From contig MU054187.1 of the NCBI GenBank assembly GCA_013239625.1, positions 14,852,974-14,916,973 on the forward strand: 64,000 bases of DNA, read 5' to 3'. How positions within the stretch are numbered: position 1 is the stretch's first letter; the number at the start of each line of letters is the position of its first letter. The translations under genes and the position numbers were made by a program. This DNA is from Lama guanicoe. Lineage: Eukaryota. Under the pieces are notes generated by a model, which ran no database searches, was not told the DNA's origin, and saw only the letters and a program-made list of their open reading frames with translations. Of this stretch, positions 52,329-64,000 are shown in pieces.

Positions 52329-52480
52329 TGCACACCCACGCTCCGGTGCACACCCACGCTCCGGTGCACACACTCCTGTGCACACCCACGCTCCTGTGCA
52401 CACTCATGTGCACACCCATGCTCCTGTGCACACACTCATGTGCACATCTACGCTCAAGTGCACACACACTCATGTCCACA
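52329..52480. repeat. Minisatellite of 12-18 bp units beginning TGCACAC
   Basis: Units such as tgcacacccacgctccgg (x2), tgcacacactcctg, tgcacacccacgctcctg and tgcacactcatg. Confidence 0.9.
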
Positions 52481-54289
52481 TTGGCAGTGTCTGCATTATA
52501 TGATCCCAGCCTCCCCAGTGCCAGCACTCATGGTGACAGCGTGGTGGGAGGCACGAGAACAGAGCCATACAGGATGCAAAGTTCTAACAGTCCTAACAAC
52601 TTGGGCAAAAGGGATCACGTCACCAGCCATGAGGCGGTGAAACTCGGGGGGCGTGCCGTCCTCCTGGGACTGGCAGAGCACGGCCTGTTGGATGGTGCTT
52701 TAAATCTGATTGCAGAGAACTGGGCTACTCTTCAGCAAAGCAGAATGTCAGATGATGTTCTCGATACAGATATATTTTTTTCATGAATCACACTACTATG
52801 GCACTCGCTTCCCTATTAATGATGAAATGTATGGGAGGAAGGAGAGGGAGGGAAGCAACAGCCCAGACAGAGGCGCGTGGACAGGGAAGCGAGGGAGAGA
52901 AGTCGAGGCGATGCCTGGACTACTCCGTGGGTGCAACACACAAAGGGCGACAAAGCAGTGAACGTTCCAGGGTTACATTTAACATGGACGAACTGCCTTA
53001 AGTCCCTAAGAGGAACATGAAAGTTAAAATCTTAATATTTATATACTACTGTAGTGTGAGTATAGACACACACAAATACATTCTAATAATAGTAAAAAAC
53101 ATACAGCACCACCCTGCAACTACTGAACATCTGTATTCCAGGAGCTCGGTGAAACACTCTACAAACAAAATTATTGTGCTGTATTGTGCTCCCTACAACC
53201 CTTCAAGGTTATCATTCTGTTACGTACAAGGACTCACACTCCGATAGGTGGCGGCTGGTCCGAGGTACGCAGCAGAATCAGAAGTGGCCCCGAGTATGTT
53301 TTATGAAAAGGCCTGTGCTCTTTCCTCCACATTATGCTGCAAATAATTAAAATGTTGTAGGGGGAAATCTGCCAACTTGTGGTAACTATTTGCTTGTTAC
53401 ACTGGTTTTTGTATTTAAGTCACACATAATCCTGATAAAATGAACTTTCACTAAGTTGATCATTCAGATGAAGATTCCTACCAAATCTGTGGGCTACAGA
53501 TAAAACTAAAACTGCAAACGAAGTAGCAACCCTAAACCCACTCTGCCTACCGCCGTCCTCCCCGGAGCAGAATGTTACCAGCGGCCACGTGGGCAGTTAA
53601 GTCTTGCCTTAATATAGTAGGAGCAAAACCCTACTGATCCCTCGGTGAGCCAATCTGGTTAAGAGAGTCAAAAATACTAAGTGGACAGATGTGTTTACCC
53701 AATTATTTCAGGCCAACAGACCCAGCCTTAGTCTCCAACACACTGAAATAACCCCATTCTTCTTTGGATACAAGTGTCTACGGACAAGTTTTTAACTGAA
53801 GTTTAATAAGAACATTCTATTTTCAAGAGACTTTGCAAAGGATGCTCAGCGTTCTTCTGGTCGCCAGAATCCAAGTGTCCAGCCAAGATCCGCTCTCATC
53901 TGTCCTGTGTGGTGAGCGGGAGCCACCCCAACCCTGACTTAATGCAGCCCACAATTATCCCCTCACATTCATACTTCGATGATCTTCGGTCATGGGATAA
54001 ATCTTAAACACAGTCAGATTTCTCCCTCCTACACCCTGCCCTTTTCTTACAACCCTTGATGCTGCCCCTGCCGGCCTCAGCCTCCCAGGAGTGCCCAGGG
54101 GAAGTAGCCATCTCTGACACCACAACGGCCTGGAAGACAGGAAGAGGCTACACAGAAATGACCAGGCTCTCAGGAACCCTCAGAACCACGTCTGCGAAGC
54201 TGTCTAACCCAAGCAGAGGTGAGGACACTTTCCTGGTGTCCCCAGTTCTCCCTCACGGAAGGCTCACTCTGTCAGGCATCACACAAGCT

Positions 54290-54455
54290 CCTTCTCATAC
54301 ATCAGGTCACTTAATCCTTGTGCGTTCCTGCTGGGAAGGGCTCCGTAATTAACCCTGTTTTTCCTGATGAAGAAACCAAGGCTAAGAGAGGGTAAATAAC
54401 TTGCTCAAGGTGGAGTAGAGGCTTTGCCTGACTCCAAAGCACGTGCTCTTTCCAC
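54290..54455 (-). mobile_element. MIR SINE
   Basis: gatgaagaaaccaaggctaagagagggtaaataacttgctcaagg...ctgactccaaagc. Confidence 0.7.
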
Positions 54456-55127
54456 ACGGCACGACCTCAGATTACAGAGTAAGTAAGATCGGGCCCCTCT
54501 TACTAGTCTAGAACCTTCCTCCAAGTTTCGTCTGTCAAAGACCCAAGCTGTTATTGGGGAAGATGTGTGAATATCTGATTCTAAAACAGAAGACCCAGAG
54601 GCCACCTGCCCAGCCAGCCACAGACTGTACTTCACTCTCTATCAGAAAGTCTCACTTTTTTTTGTGCCAAGAGGATGCAGACGCCAAGAGTATTCATGCT
54701 GTGGTGGGTACCGATGGTATTCTAACTGTAGGAAACAATCTGGAATGAAAAACTTTAGAACGTATACAACATTGGAATTTAAACAGGTACCACAAGCATT
54801 TACTAAGGGCACTTAACTAAACTGCATCTTGGTTTTTAAAAGACAGTTGAACACAATGTTGATTGTAGTGTCACGAATGATGTAGGGTGTTATAGGCAAC
54901 CTAAGCGTCCATCACTAAGAGAATGGTAAGTAAAATGGGAGGGGGCATGCGCCCCTGGGAATACTGTGCACCCCTGAGAGCCAACAGACCAGGAGCACAT
55001 ACAGTAGCCTGGATAAGTCTTCACACGCTGCCCTGAGGGGCAAACAATGTACACACAACTAAAAAAATTATATAGAAGTGTTACCAATCTATTAAGTATA
55101 ATTCTAAATAAAAGAAAATGAGCTGTG

Positions 55128-55258
55128 GGGGGAGGGTGTAGCTCAGTGGTAGAGCGCATGCTTAGCATGCACGAGGTCCTGGGTTCAATCCCCAGTACCT
55201 CCAGTAAATAAATAAACTTAATTACCTCCTGCTCCCCTCCCCCGAAAAAAATTAAAAA
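55128..55258 (+). mobile_element. Full-length tRNA-Ala(AGC)-derived SINE (camelid Vic-1-like) with TSD
   Basis: A box TAGCTCAGTGG, B box GGTTCAATCC, A-rich tail. TSD AAAATGAGCTGTG at 55115-55127 and 55259-55271. Confidence 0.95.
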
Positions 55259-57114
55259 AAAATGAGCTGTGCGACTTGGTGCCATGCATATAAACCAAAA
55301 AGAAAAAGAAAATGACACTTCTCCATTTATACAGAATCAGTGACATATAATAAATATCTATTACTGAGTGCTTCTAGCGGGAAGGGGCTAGGCCTGGGAA
55401 AACAGAAAGGGGAAGAGGCAAAGAGGAGAGCGGGCCTTGCACATACAGGCCAGGCCCTGAGGAATGGAGCTACTTCAAGCTTCCACACTAAGCGGTTAGG
55501 AAAGGTGAGGTGGGGAGAGGGAGGGAGGGCAGAGAAGAAGTCAGAGGATGGGCAAGAGTCATGAACCCAGCTCAGGGCTTTGTCTCCACGCTCATTTAAT
55601 CTTGCAGTCCTATTTCTTAGTGGTATAAACTCCACCACCAGTTTTGGGGGCCTCTAATGTGCACATGTGCAGTCATCCACCCCGCCCCCTGTACAGCCAA
55701 GCCTGGATCAGACTGTAGGCTCGACTACAAACGTAAACTGAAAATGGCATTTGTTGGCATCAGACCTGAACCCTTGGATTGATTCATATAAAAACTGCTC
55801 CACTTTCTTTTTATAAATACACAGACTGGCAGAGTCTAAACACCACAGAACACAGAGACCAAGGAAATGAAAAGAGATGTGAGCTTGTGACTGGACATGA
55901 TGAGAAGCTCCCTTCTCTCCCCTCCACCTGTGCCCGTTGAATCCAAGGGTGGCAGTGACCACACCTCTCCTTCCCTGGGGCCCCAGCCCGGGGGAGTCCA
56001 CCTGTCTCCTAGCCTCAGGCCGGCTGGGGAGGCGCAGGGGTGGTGGGGGAAAAAGCCTTCGGGAGCCAGGAGTGGTGAATGAACTCCTAAACAAACTCTC
56101 CACTGACACATCACTAAAAATAAGTATGCTTACATGCATAACACATTTCTGGAACAGCACACTGAACTCTCTTTTCTCCTCTCTAGAGACTTAACGTCTT
56201 CCACTCAGCTTTATAGGAAATAAAGTGCAGGTGCAGCAAGTCTGCGAGCAGTCGGGAGGAACTTCTGATGCCTGTGATCCGTGCACATCTGCCAAGACGT
56301 GAAGGAATCGCGGAGAGCGGCCGGGCAGCGTGTATCAGCCGCTCATCCGTCCGCATTCCGGGCAGACGCTGATAAGGTTCACTTGGGCACTGCCTTATTT
56401 AGTCAGACTTCTCTGCCCGAGCACCGGTGCACGGTGACAACTGCGCATGCTGCCACCAGCCTCTCCCCTCGGGCATTGGTGCTGACACACCAAATACAAA
56501 AAGTGTCTCCATTATTTAAAACAGCCTCTTGCCTTTCCCAGTAGCCACCTTCTACAAAGAAGAATGGTAATGATATTACAAATACACCTGACCATGTTTA
56601 CTTGGCAAAGAATTCCCATAAAGAGCACTGAAAGTTAAATTCTAATTCTTAAGGCTCTCCACACCTCCCCCAAACACCGAACAAGTTATAATGCTGTACC
56701 GTTAATACTCTATTGGCTAAACTGCTTATTTTTTTCTAGTGTCATACATTACTCTGCTTGGCTAAACTGCATGTTTTTTCATAAACCAGTATTATTTCCC
56801 TTTTTAACTATATTAGATTTTAAATTTTACAGGCATAGTATTGTAAAAAGCCTTAGATTAGATGTCAATTTGATCTAGACCCGATTCTGCTCTTACCACA
56901 TCAATATATATGAATCTTGTACATCTATATACACACACTCTTATGTATATGTATGGAAACCACTGTAAGTATTTAAATTATTTTCTGCAAGAAGTCTAGC
57001 TTACGAGTACTTTTCATTGCTTATAGGATGAGGGAGCTCTTTCTGTACCAATATGGAATGAATTTCAATACATACTGTTAATTTTTAAAAAGCACAGGGA
57101 ACAGACAGAATAGT

Positions 57115-57452
57115 GTGGATCCCATTTACAATTATTGTCAATTCCAAGACCTAAAAACCTTTAAAACTCATAATTTTCTTTTTGTTAAGTTTAGTACCAA
57201 AACTTATCTGATAGTAACACCTGAATGCAACTGACAGGAAGCTATTTATGGTTCTTATTTATCCTACTTGGTGTGAACATTCAGTTTCCCTGGAGAATTA
57301 ATTTCTTTGCTTACTCAGTGCTGCTCAGACCCCCTGGAGGTATTATGTAGTTTATGCTATATGCACCAGATTGCTTTTCTAAAATCCAATCAGTGCTAAT
57401 TTCTAAAACAAATCTGGACCCAAAAGGTCTGGGAAAGCAGTTACGAACTTGT
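57115..57452. mobile_element. Tc1/mariner Tigger-type non-autonomous relic (MER46C-like), apparently inside an old L1 fragment (~57020-57680)
   Basis: gctatttatggttcttatttatcctacttggtgtgaa...gtgctgctcagaccc...ttttctaaaatcc...atctggacccaaaagg. The family name is from memory. Confidence 0.5.
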
Positions 57453-60400
57453 GGTATGTAGCCATCTGCATCAAAGGGAATTAAATGCGTATCTGTATGT
57501 ATAAATATCAGAAACTTTATAACGTACGAATCACACTGGCTGTCTTCAGGCAGAGGAGCTGATTCGCTGGAGTCAGGAGTGAGAGGGAGACATCACTCAG
57601 TCGATACAGTTTTCTAACTTTAAGAGTTTGAACCATGAACATGTATCATGTATTCAAAAAATAAAGAAAATTTTAAAAATTTACAATCACCAATTATAAG
57701 CATACAGCAAGACCCTGATCTATTTAAAACACATCCTGTTAACAAGTCTTAGGAAAGCAATGTTTCACACCCACGGTCAGTGGGTCCCTTCGACCAAACT
57801 TCCTCCGTCACCGTGAATGCTGGCTTCTTTTGACTCTCATCTTAAGCGTGCCCAGGTCTTCCCAATGCTCTCCTCTCTTCCTTCAAAATACTGTTTGCAA
57901 TCTGTTTCTTAAATGGTGCTTTTGTCTCCCCAACCCACCTGCGGTTACTTCAGTTACATCCGTAACTCTCTCAAACTCATGCGGTTGGCCAGATGCTTAC
58001 TTATTTGTCCTACCTTTCCTATTACACTGGAATCTCACGAAAGGAGGGATAAAATATCTAGCTTTAAGAATTTTACCTGGCACAGTTTTTCTTACACGGA
58101 TGGTTAATTACATTGTGTGTGTATCTGGTCTTCCTAACGCGCCTTCCGGGGCCTGGCCAAATAGCACGCGATAAATATTAGCTAAACTGAATTAAGCCAA
58201 GAAAACAAAAATTATTTTCCAGGAAAGCTTTGTAATGAAAATGAAATGGGAAAAGCAATCAAGGAAGGCTTCTGAAGACTCAAATACCACCTGCACTGAC
58301 AGCAGAGGCAGAGCCCCGGGCTGACAGGGAGCTGTTCTGAATTTACAGTTTCTAAGCGCTGATAACACATGCGGATGGTGGAGAAGCTCAGTTACGTTTT
58401 GGTGGCTCTTGCAGACATAAGAAATGGTCTAATAAGAATATTTCAACGTGAGTTAAAAATTGTGTTTGTTCCCTGTAACATCAAAGAAACAAAGTCATCT
58501 ACTGACCAGGATGAGTCCTGAGGACCCAAGAGTCAAAATCTTCAAAAACCACGGGCTGCCAAATTTAGAAACAACCCAGATCCTTATCTTTCTCACACTC
58601 CTTGAAATCACTTCAAAATGATTTTCGAAAAGGTCAACACACTGCATTAGTACACATATACAATTTGACAATTTGTCCAGTTTCTCTTTTTTTAAATGAA
58701 AAGCACAGACTTTTGAAGAAGGACAAAATTCCACCCAGCGGAGTAAGATTTCCCTCTAATACATTTCATCCAAGTCCACTGTTTGGCATCAGTAACAAAC
58801 CTTTGCATTCAAAACCGTTAAAAAATAAGCCCATCCAAAATAAAACCTATATTTTCTTTTATTTTTCATCCTCAGAAATTAATCCTACTGAAGAAATTCA
58901 CATTTAAAAATTTTTAATAAATTCACTTCTAAACCATGTCTGTGTAATCAGAAAATAAAGTCAGAATGTCCATCCAAATATGTACTTAACTGACAATCAC
59001 CAATTTCTTTTAAGCCAGAAAACCATGGTAAGAATTCTAAGTCACTGTTCTCAGATTACACATGAAAAAAATCAAGTCCAGAGAAGTCACAGTTCATTGG
59101 ATGTGTTCTAACTGCTATGCACTGTGAGCTGTGCAATTATTAAGAAGAACTGGCTGGACTTACTTAAAGAAACAAGTACATCCTTATAGCCTATTAAGTT
59201 CAGAAACAGAGGTCTGGACCCAAGGCCAAGGGAGGAGAGAGGCAGACAGAAGGAGCTGGAGAAGGCAGCCTGGGTGGGGGGGGGGAGCTTCGCTAAGAAC
59301 AGGTTTCATTACCCCCCGCCCCCCGCCTCCTTTGTGGGTCGCTAAGCCTCCTGCGACCTTCTGGGCAGAATTTCAGCTGCACCCGCACTTCTGCCCTGTA
59401 ATCAGCTGTTTACTTGTTTGTCTCACCCAGAGGGTGAGGGCTGCTTTGGAAGACCCATTTCTCGGTTGTGCATAAGGCTGGCATGGAACAGGCGCTCAGT
59501 TAGCATCCCCCAGATGAACGAGATCGACACAGGACTTTAGGGTAAAAACGGGCTAATCCAGAAAGGCAGTGGATGGTAAGTCTTTTAGTGGGAAAGCAGA
59601 AAAAGCGGGGGAGAGGGGAAGGCAGATCTGAGCAGATGGCAAGAAAAAAGCAAGAGGCAGAAGGCACGAGAGGTAAGGGGCCCATGAGCACCCAAGGAGA
59701 TGCTTTCTGGGGAAGGTGAAGCAGAAAGAAGGTTAAGCTCGCGGACAATTTCTCAACACAGGTGAATGTGTGCCACTCGCAGCCAATACTAAATGAACAG
59801 GTCATGAAAGGAAAGACATCTTGGTTATTTCAATAGTCTTTTGTTCCCACGTTTCCGATGAAGAGCTAGTAAATATTTTAACTGTGTACAGCTGGCTCGG
59901 CCTTAAAACTGACTTTCAAACTATGCACTTCTTTTGTAAATGGAGTGAGGATGTTACCTAAAAGTCCGCTGCTTGGCAAACACTGACTCACTCATATGCG
60001 GCGGGAGTGGATCAGCTCCCGGAAAGGAGGCTGCTGAAACTCTGAAAGATACCAACAAACCAACCCAAAGAAATCCACCTACACTGAGACCACAGGATCC
60101 ACTAAACGAAGATACCTGCAATAAAGGGGACATACATTTTCTATAGAAACCTTATTTGAGAAGATGGTGCAACAGTTCAGTTAAATCTGATTTTCATTTT
60201 TTTCCAGGATTGAAAGGAAGTAAGTGACCCTCAGGGACTGACATCACTGCAGTCATGGCAATGGGTGTCTGACTCCAACACAAACATGGCGCCAGGCACA
60301 GCACGGTCCTCTGTAGAGAAAGATGCTCACACACCTCTGCTTAGCAAGAACAACCAGACAACCTAGCAGATTTATAATGGTAATTAAAGCTTTGATTTTT

Positions 60401-61771
60401 TTTTTAAAAAAGGAGATAACCTCAAAGGTGTTAAACTGAAAAATGCACAACAATCACAAACCTTCAGCAGCACACCAGGCACTGGGTATGTTCCAGGATG
60501 TTCATCGTTGGGCCACGTCTGCTTCTGTGCCCTTTTCTCTTGCTCTGTGCTCTGCTTAGGACACCCTGCCCACTCCCGTTTCTACTGCCCAAATCCTTCT
60601 CAAGGTTCAAGACCCAACTCTAACCCCCTCTCCATCAGGCCTTTCCTGATGATCCCAGAAAGGTAAATCCCTTCGCTCTTTCAAACTTTATCCAGAGCTG
60701 AAAAGATTATGAAAAACATCGGACTCTTACAGGGCCCTCCCCCTCCGCCCTGCAGCGCAGGGATCTGTTCTGCTCCACCTCCTGCAGCATCAGCTGCCTC
60801 AGCGCCGGGATTATCTTGTGTTCACTTCTGAGCCCCTTACTCATGGAAGCATCAGCGGTCTTCTCTGAGACAAAGAGGTCTTCCACCAATTGTCACAGTA
60901 CGAGTGGCACAAGGGTCTGTATTGACTTCTCCCTACTTTTCTTCTGATGTCATTTTGCAAACGGCAAATCTACCCAGATTTATACAGGGAGAAAGCTGGT
61001 TTCGGTTGTTTCCCTAAAGACTAAGCAGACACACTTAGGAAAGGATCTGATGAAGATGTCTTAATAATCTTAGGATAGACGTTTCATATTCATTTTTCCC
61101 TCTGATTAAACAGGTAAGTCATAAAGGGAGAATTTTCTATCTAACTGTAATGTTATTTTCTCATCCTTTCAAGCCTAGCTGTTTCTTCTGAAGCAGGTGA
61201 CTGGGACAGCACGAGGCAGCAAAGCAGAAATGCAGGCACGTAGGTGGGCAACTGCGTTGAACAGAGAAGTCCAATCGAATCCTGCTTAGCAAGGCAAGCC
61301 CAGGACAAAGACACAGGTGTTCAGCTCAAAGCTGTTCAAACTTCCGCAGCAGACAAAACACAATGGGGAATCAGGCTGGTCTGAGTCTCAAAAAAGAAAC
61401 CTGCCTCACAAAAATCTGCTTTTACAGCCACAGTTTGCACACACCCTGGGGCGGCCTCCAGGCGCCTCACGCAGAGGCCTGGCCACATTCCCCACAGGCT
61501 GGGGTTTCTCTCCACAGTTCTTTGTACTGATGTATGAGGAGAAAATCACTCATCCTACGCTAGAATTTGGGTGAACATCTCCACAGTCCTCTTTCTCAGA
61601 GACCGAGGACTGCCAACGAGCTTCCACAAACCCAATAACTGAATACACCTACTACCTGAACTTCACTAAGACCTTGGATAGTGCCTCAAAGGCATCATAT
61701 CCTCAGATATGCCCCACAGGGCAGCAAGAGAACAACTCTACCAAAAAGCTCTCTATGAGCCCATAAAGAGT

Positions 61772-61856
61772 GGTAGCTCAGTGGTAGAGCACATGCTTAG
61801 CATGTACAAGGTCCTGGGTTCAATCCCCAGCACCTCCATTAAAAAAAAAAAGAAAA
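61772..61856 (+). mobile_element. tRNA-Ala-derived SINE, slightly 5'-truncated, with short TSD
   Basis: gtagctcagtggtagagcacatgcttagcatg...ggttcaatccccagcacctcca plus A tail. AAAGAGT at 61765-61771 and 61857-61863. Confidence 0.9.
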
Positions 61857-61884
61857 AAAGAGTAAGAACTCACTCCTGCACAGG

Positions 61885-62075
61885 GCCTGCTGGAGCCAGG
61901 CACTGTTCCTAGTGCTTAACACACAACAGCTCCTGGGAGCACCTGTTCCATTCCTGTGAGGAGGCACTACTGGTCATCACACCCATTTCACAGATGAGGG
62001 AACTGAGGCTCAGAGAGGTAAAGTCATTTGCTTGAGGCCACTCAGCTGAAAAGCTAAAAAGCTAAGACCTGCAGT
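61885..62075 (-). mobile_element. MIR SINE
   Basis: gccaggcactgttc...cccatttcacagatgagggaactgaggctcagagagg. Confidence 0.85.
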
Positions 62076-63088
62076 TGCTCTGGCTCTGATGTCTGGGCTC
62101 CTACCTACTGTTCCACATGACAGAACGATTTCAGAACAATAAACCTCTCTGGGCAAAACTCAGGCTGTCGTGTTGAAGATTTATGGGAAGAGCTTCCCCC
62201 TTTCTTGCCTTCTGAAATTCTCTGCAATGCAGCCAGCTCACATTCACCTCTTCTTGGACTTTCCACTAAGGAGAATTTAATTAGTTGACTCACAAGCCTC
62301 TCTTTCCAGGACCAGGCTGACCAAAATGAGGAGACGGCACTTTCTCTGAGCTCTGTGGGACAGAGCCAGGCGCATGCCACCAGCCACAAGATATTTCTGC
62401 CAGAAACAGAATTTGCTGGAAGACACTGGGGGGCCAGGAGACACCTACCCCCACTGGTGATGGCAGCCCCCGAGAGACACTGGGACTCTTGCAGAGAACA
62501 GAGAGGTCCCCCACCACAGGCAGGGCTGCACCTACCCCTCTGCCTTCTCAGATCAGGCTTCCCACAATGTAGGCCTCACTCTGGTCTGACTGGGGGAGCA
62601 CTAGGGGCGGCAACCTGCAAATCTGACAGATCTCCTTCGAACGTGGGAGTCAGTGGAGCCACCAGAACCAAGAACAACAGAACAGGTGCAGCTGAAGGGC
62701 TGGGATGAGAATTCCATGAATGGGTGCGAGAGCCCAGGGCCTGGGACTCACCTGTAACCCGGCTTCTCCCCTTGGAAGATCAAGTCCTCAGCCCTGGCTC
62801 TTTCTGTACCCCTTTCAGGCTGATCACAGAAACCTGCCTTATGCAACTCTCCCGCTTCGGTTCTAAGGGGAGCATCTGAACGCCGTCCAGGTGGACGGGA
62901 GAGGAGCCAAGGTGAAGTCGGCCACAGGAAAGGAAATCGGGCCAAGAGTGGGCCTGGACTGACCTGCCCTGATTCACACACGACTGAGCCCAAGTAAGCC
63001 AAAATAAGCAGTGGTCAAAAATTCTACACCAACCTCTCTTCTCCCAAGAATTTGTCTTCTTCGTTGGAACAAACCTCTTTAAGAAGAG

Positions 63089-63188
63089 GTTTTTTAAAAA
63101 ATGTATTTAATGGAGGTACTGGGGATTGAACCCAGGACCTCGTGCATGCTAAGCATGGACTCTACCACTGAGCTCGACACCCCTCCCC
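63089..63188 (-). mobile_element. tRNA-Ala-derived SINE (Vic-1-like)
   Basis: tggaggtactggggattgaacccaggacctcgtgcatgctaagcat...ctctaccactgagct is the reverse complement of the same SINE head. Confidence 0.9.
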
Positions 63189-63694
63189 GCCCCTAACCTC
63201 CCTGCTGGTGACGCGCCCACACACTGCCTCCGCCTCCACGTCGCTCCTGGTTAATTTCCGGCTGCACTGCTGGTTGTTTACACAGCCATCTCTGTCACTC
63301 GGTCACAAATTTCCGGGAGGATGGAGCCATATCGTTCTCACTTTGATTTCTCGGAGGGAACCAACTCTCCTTGCTTTACACAGAGCACGTTTTCGGGAGA
63401 TGGTCAAAATGATTACAACACTGACTCTAACATGAACCAGTTCTCATTCACTTTCCAATTACCTTGTCAAACCCTCCCAACAACCCAGCGAGGCTCTAGG
63501 ACATTCCCGACGTGCAGCTGAAGAAGCCTGAGGCGCGCACAGGTCAAGCCACTCGCCCGGGACACAGCACTGGACTGGGGCTGCAGTGTGTGTCCTTAGC
63601 CACGAACAGCCTGGACCGCCCCACTGCGCCCTGGAACTACGTGATACAAGTGATGACAGTGTTTTTTCAGGGAAGAAACGAGAGCTCTTAATTC

Positions 63695-63955
63695 TCCACG
63701 CCTTCGCCCATGCTGTTCCCTCTGCTTAGAAAGCCTTTCTCCCCCTTTCTATTCCTGGAGACTCCAACCAGTCTTCTCAAGAGCTGCCCCTTGAAGTCTC
63801 TCTGGCTTCCCTCCCAGGGTCTGAGGACCCTCTGTCGGGCTCTTACACGTACTGTCACAGCTTGTACCACCTGCAGGTTTTCTCAAGCTCCTGCCCCAGC
63901 CCATGAGCTCTCTGAGAACAAGATCTTTTCAAAACACCCAGCATGGGCACATTCG
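63695..63955 (+). mobile_element. L2 3' fragment
   Basis: catgctgttccctctgcttagaaagcc...ccatgagctctctgagaacaag. Confidence 0.55.
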
Positions 63956-64000
63956 ACAGCTGTTGGCTGTGTCAGTTCATTCAGCTGGGTCCCAGGAAAT

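Noticed and set aside
52277..52786. 169-aa His/Thr/Cys-rich ORF
   Set aside because: The low-complexity translation arises from the minisatellite.
55132..55203. Bona fide tRNA-Ala gene
   Set aside because: It has an A-rich tail and TSD, no oligo-T terminator directly after the head, and three sibling copies in the window, so it is a SINE.
1..64000. CRISPR arrays, operons or other prokaryotic systems
   Set aside because: The sequence is mammalian intron/intergenic DNA with no regularly spaced repeat-spacer structure; the remaining short ORFs look like random open frames.

Overview
Mammalian genomic DNA, very likely a camelid: it carries four copies of a tRNA-Ala(AGC)-derived SINE matching the camelid Vic-1 type. 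The window holds the 3' part of junctophilin-1 (JPH1) on the minus strand: three coding exons (32219-32337, 22581-23215, 16127-16207) with in-phase GT-AG junctions, and a ~2.5 kb 3' UTR ending at AATAAA signals near 13630-13655. The MORN-encoding 5' exons are not in the window, so 32338-64000 is intron and 1-13600 is downstream intergenic DNA. The rest is mostly interspersed repeats (L1, L2, MIR, MaLR/ERV LTRs, DNA transposon relics) plus one 85-N assembly gap. The most notable observation is two short poly(A)-tailed, TSD-flanked insertions (17061-17195 minus, 38666-38823 plus) that correspond only to the R region of an ERV LTR. A related solo LTR sits at 31257-31688, suggesting SINE-like 'LTR-R-only' retrocopies mobilised by L1. 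Repeat family names and boundaries come from visual recognition and are approximate.
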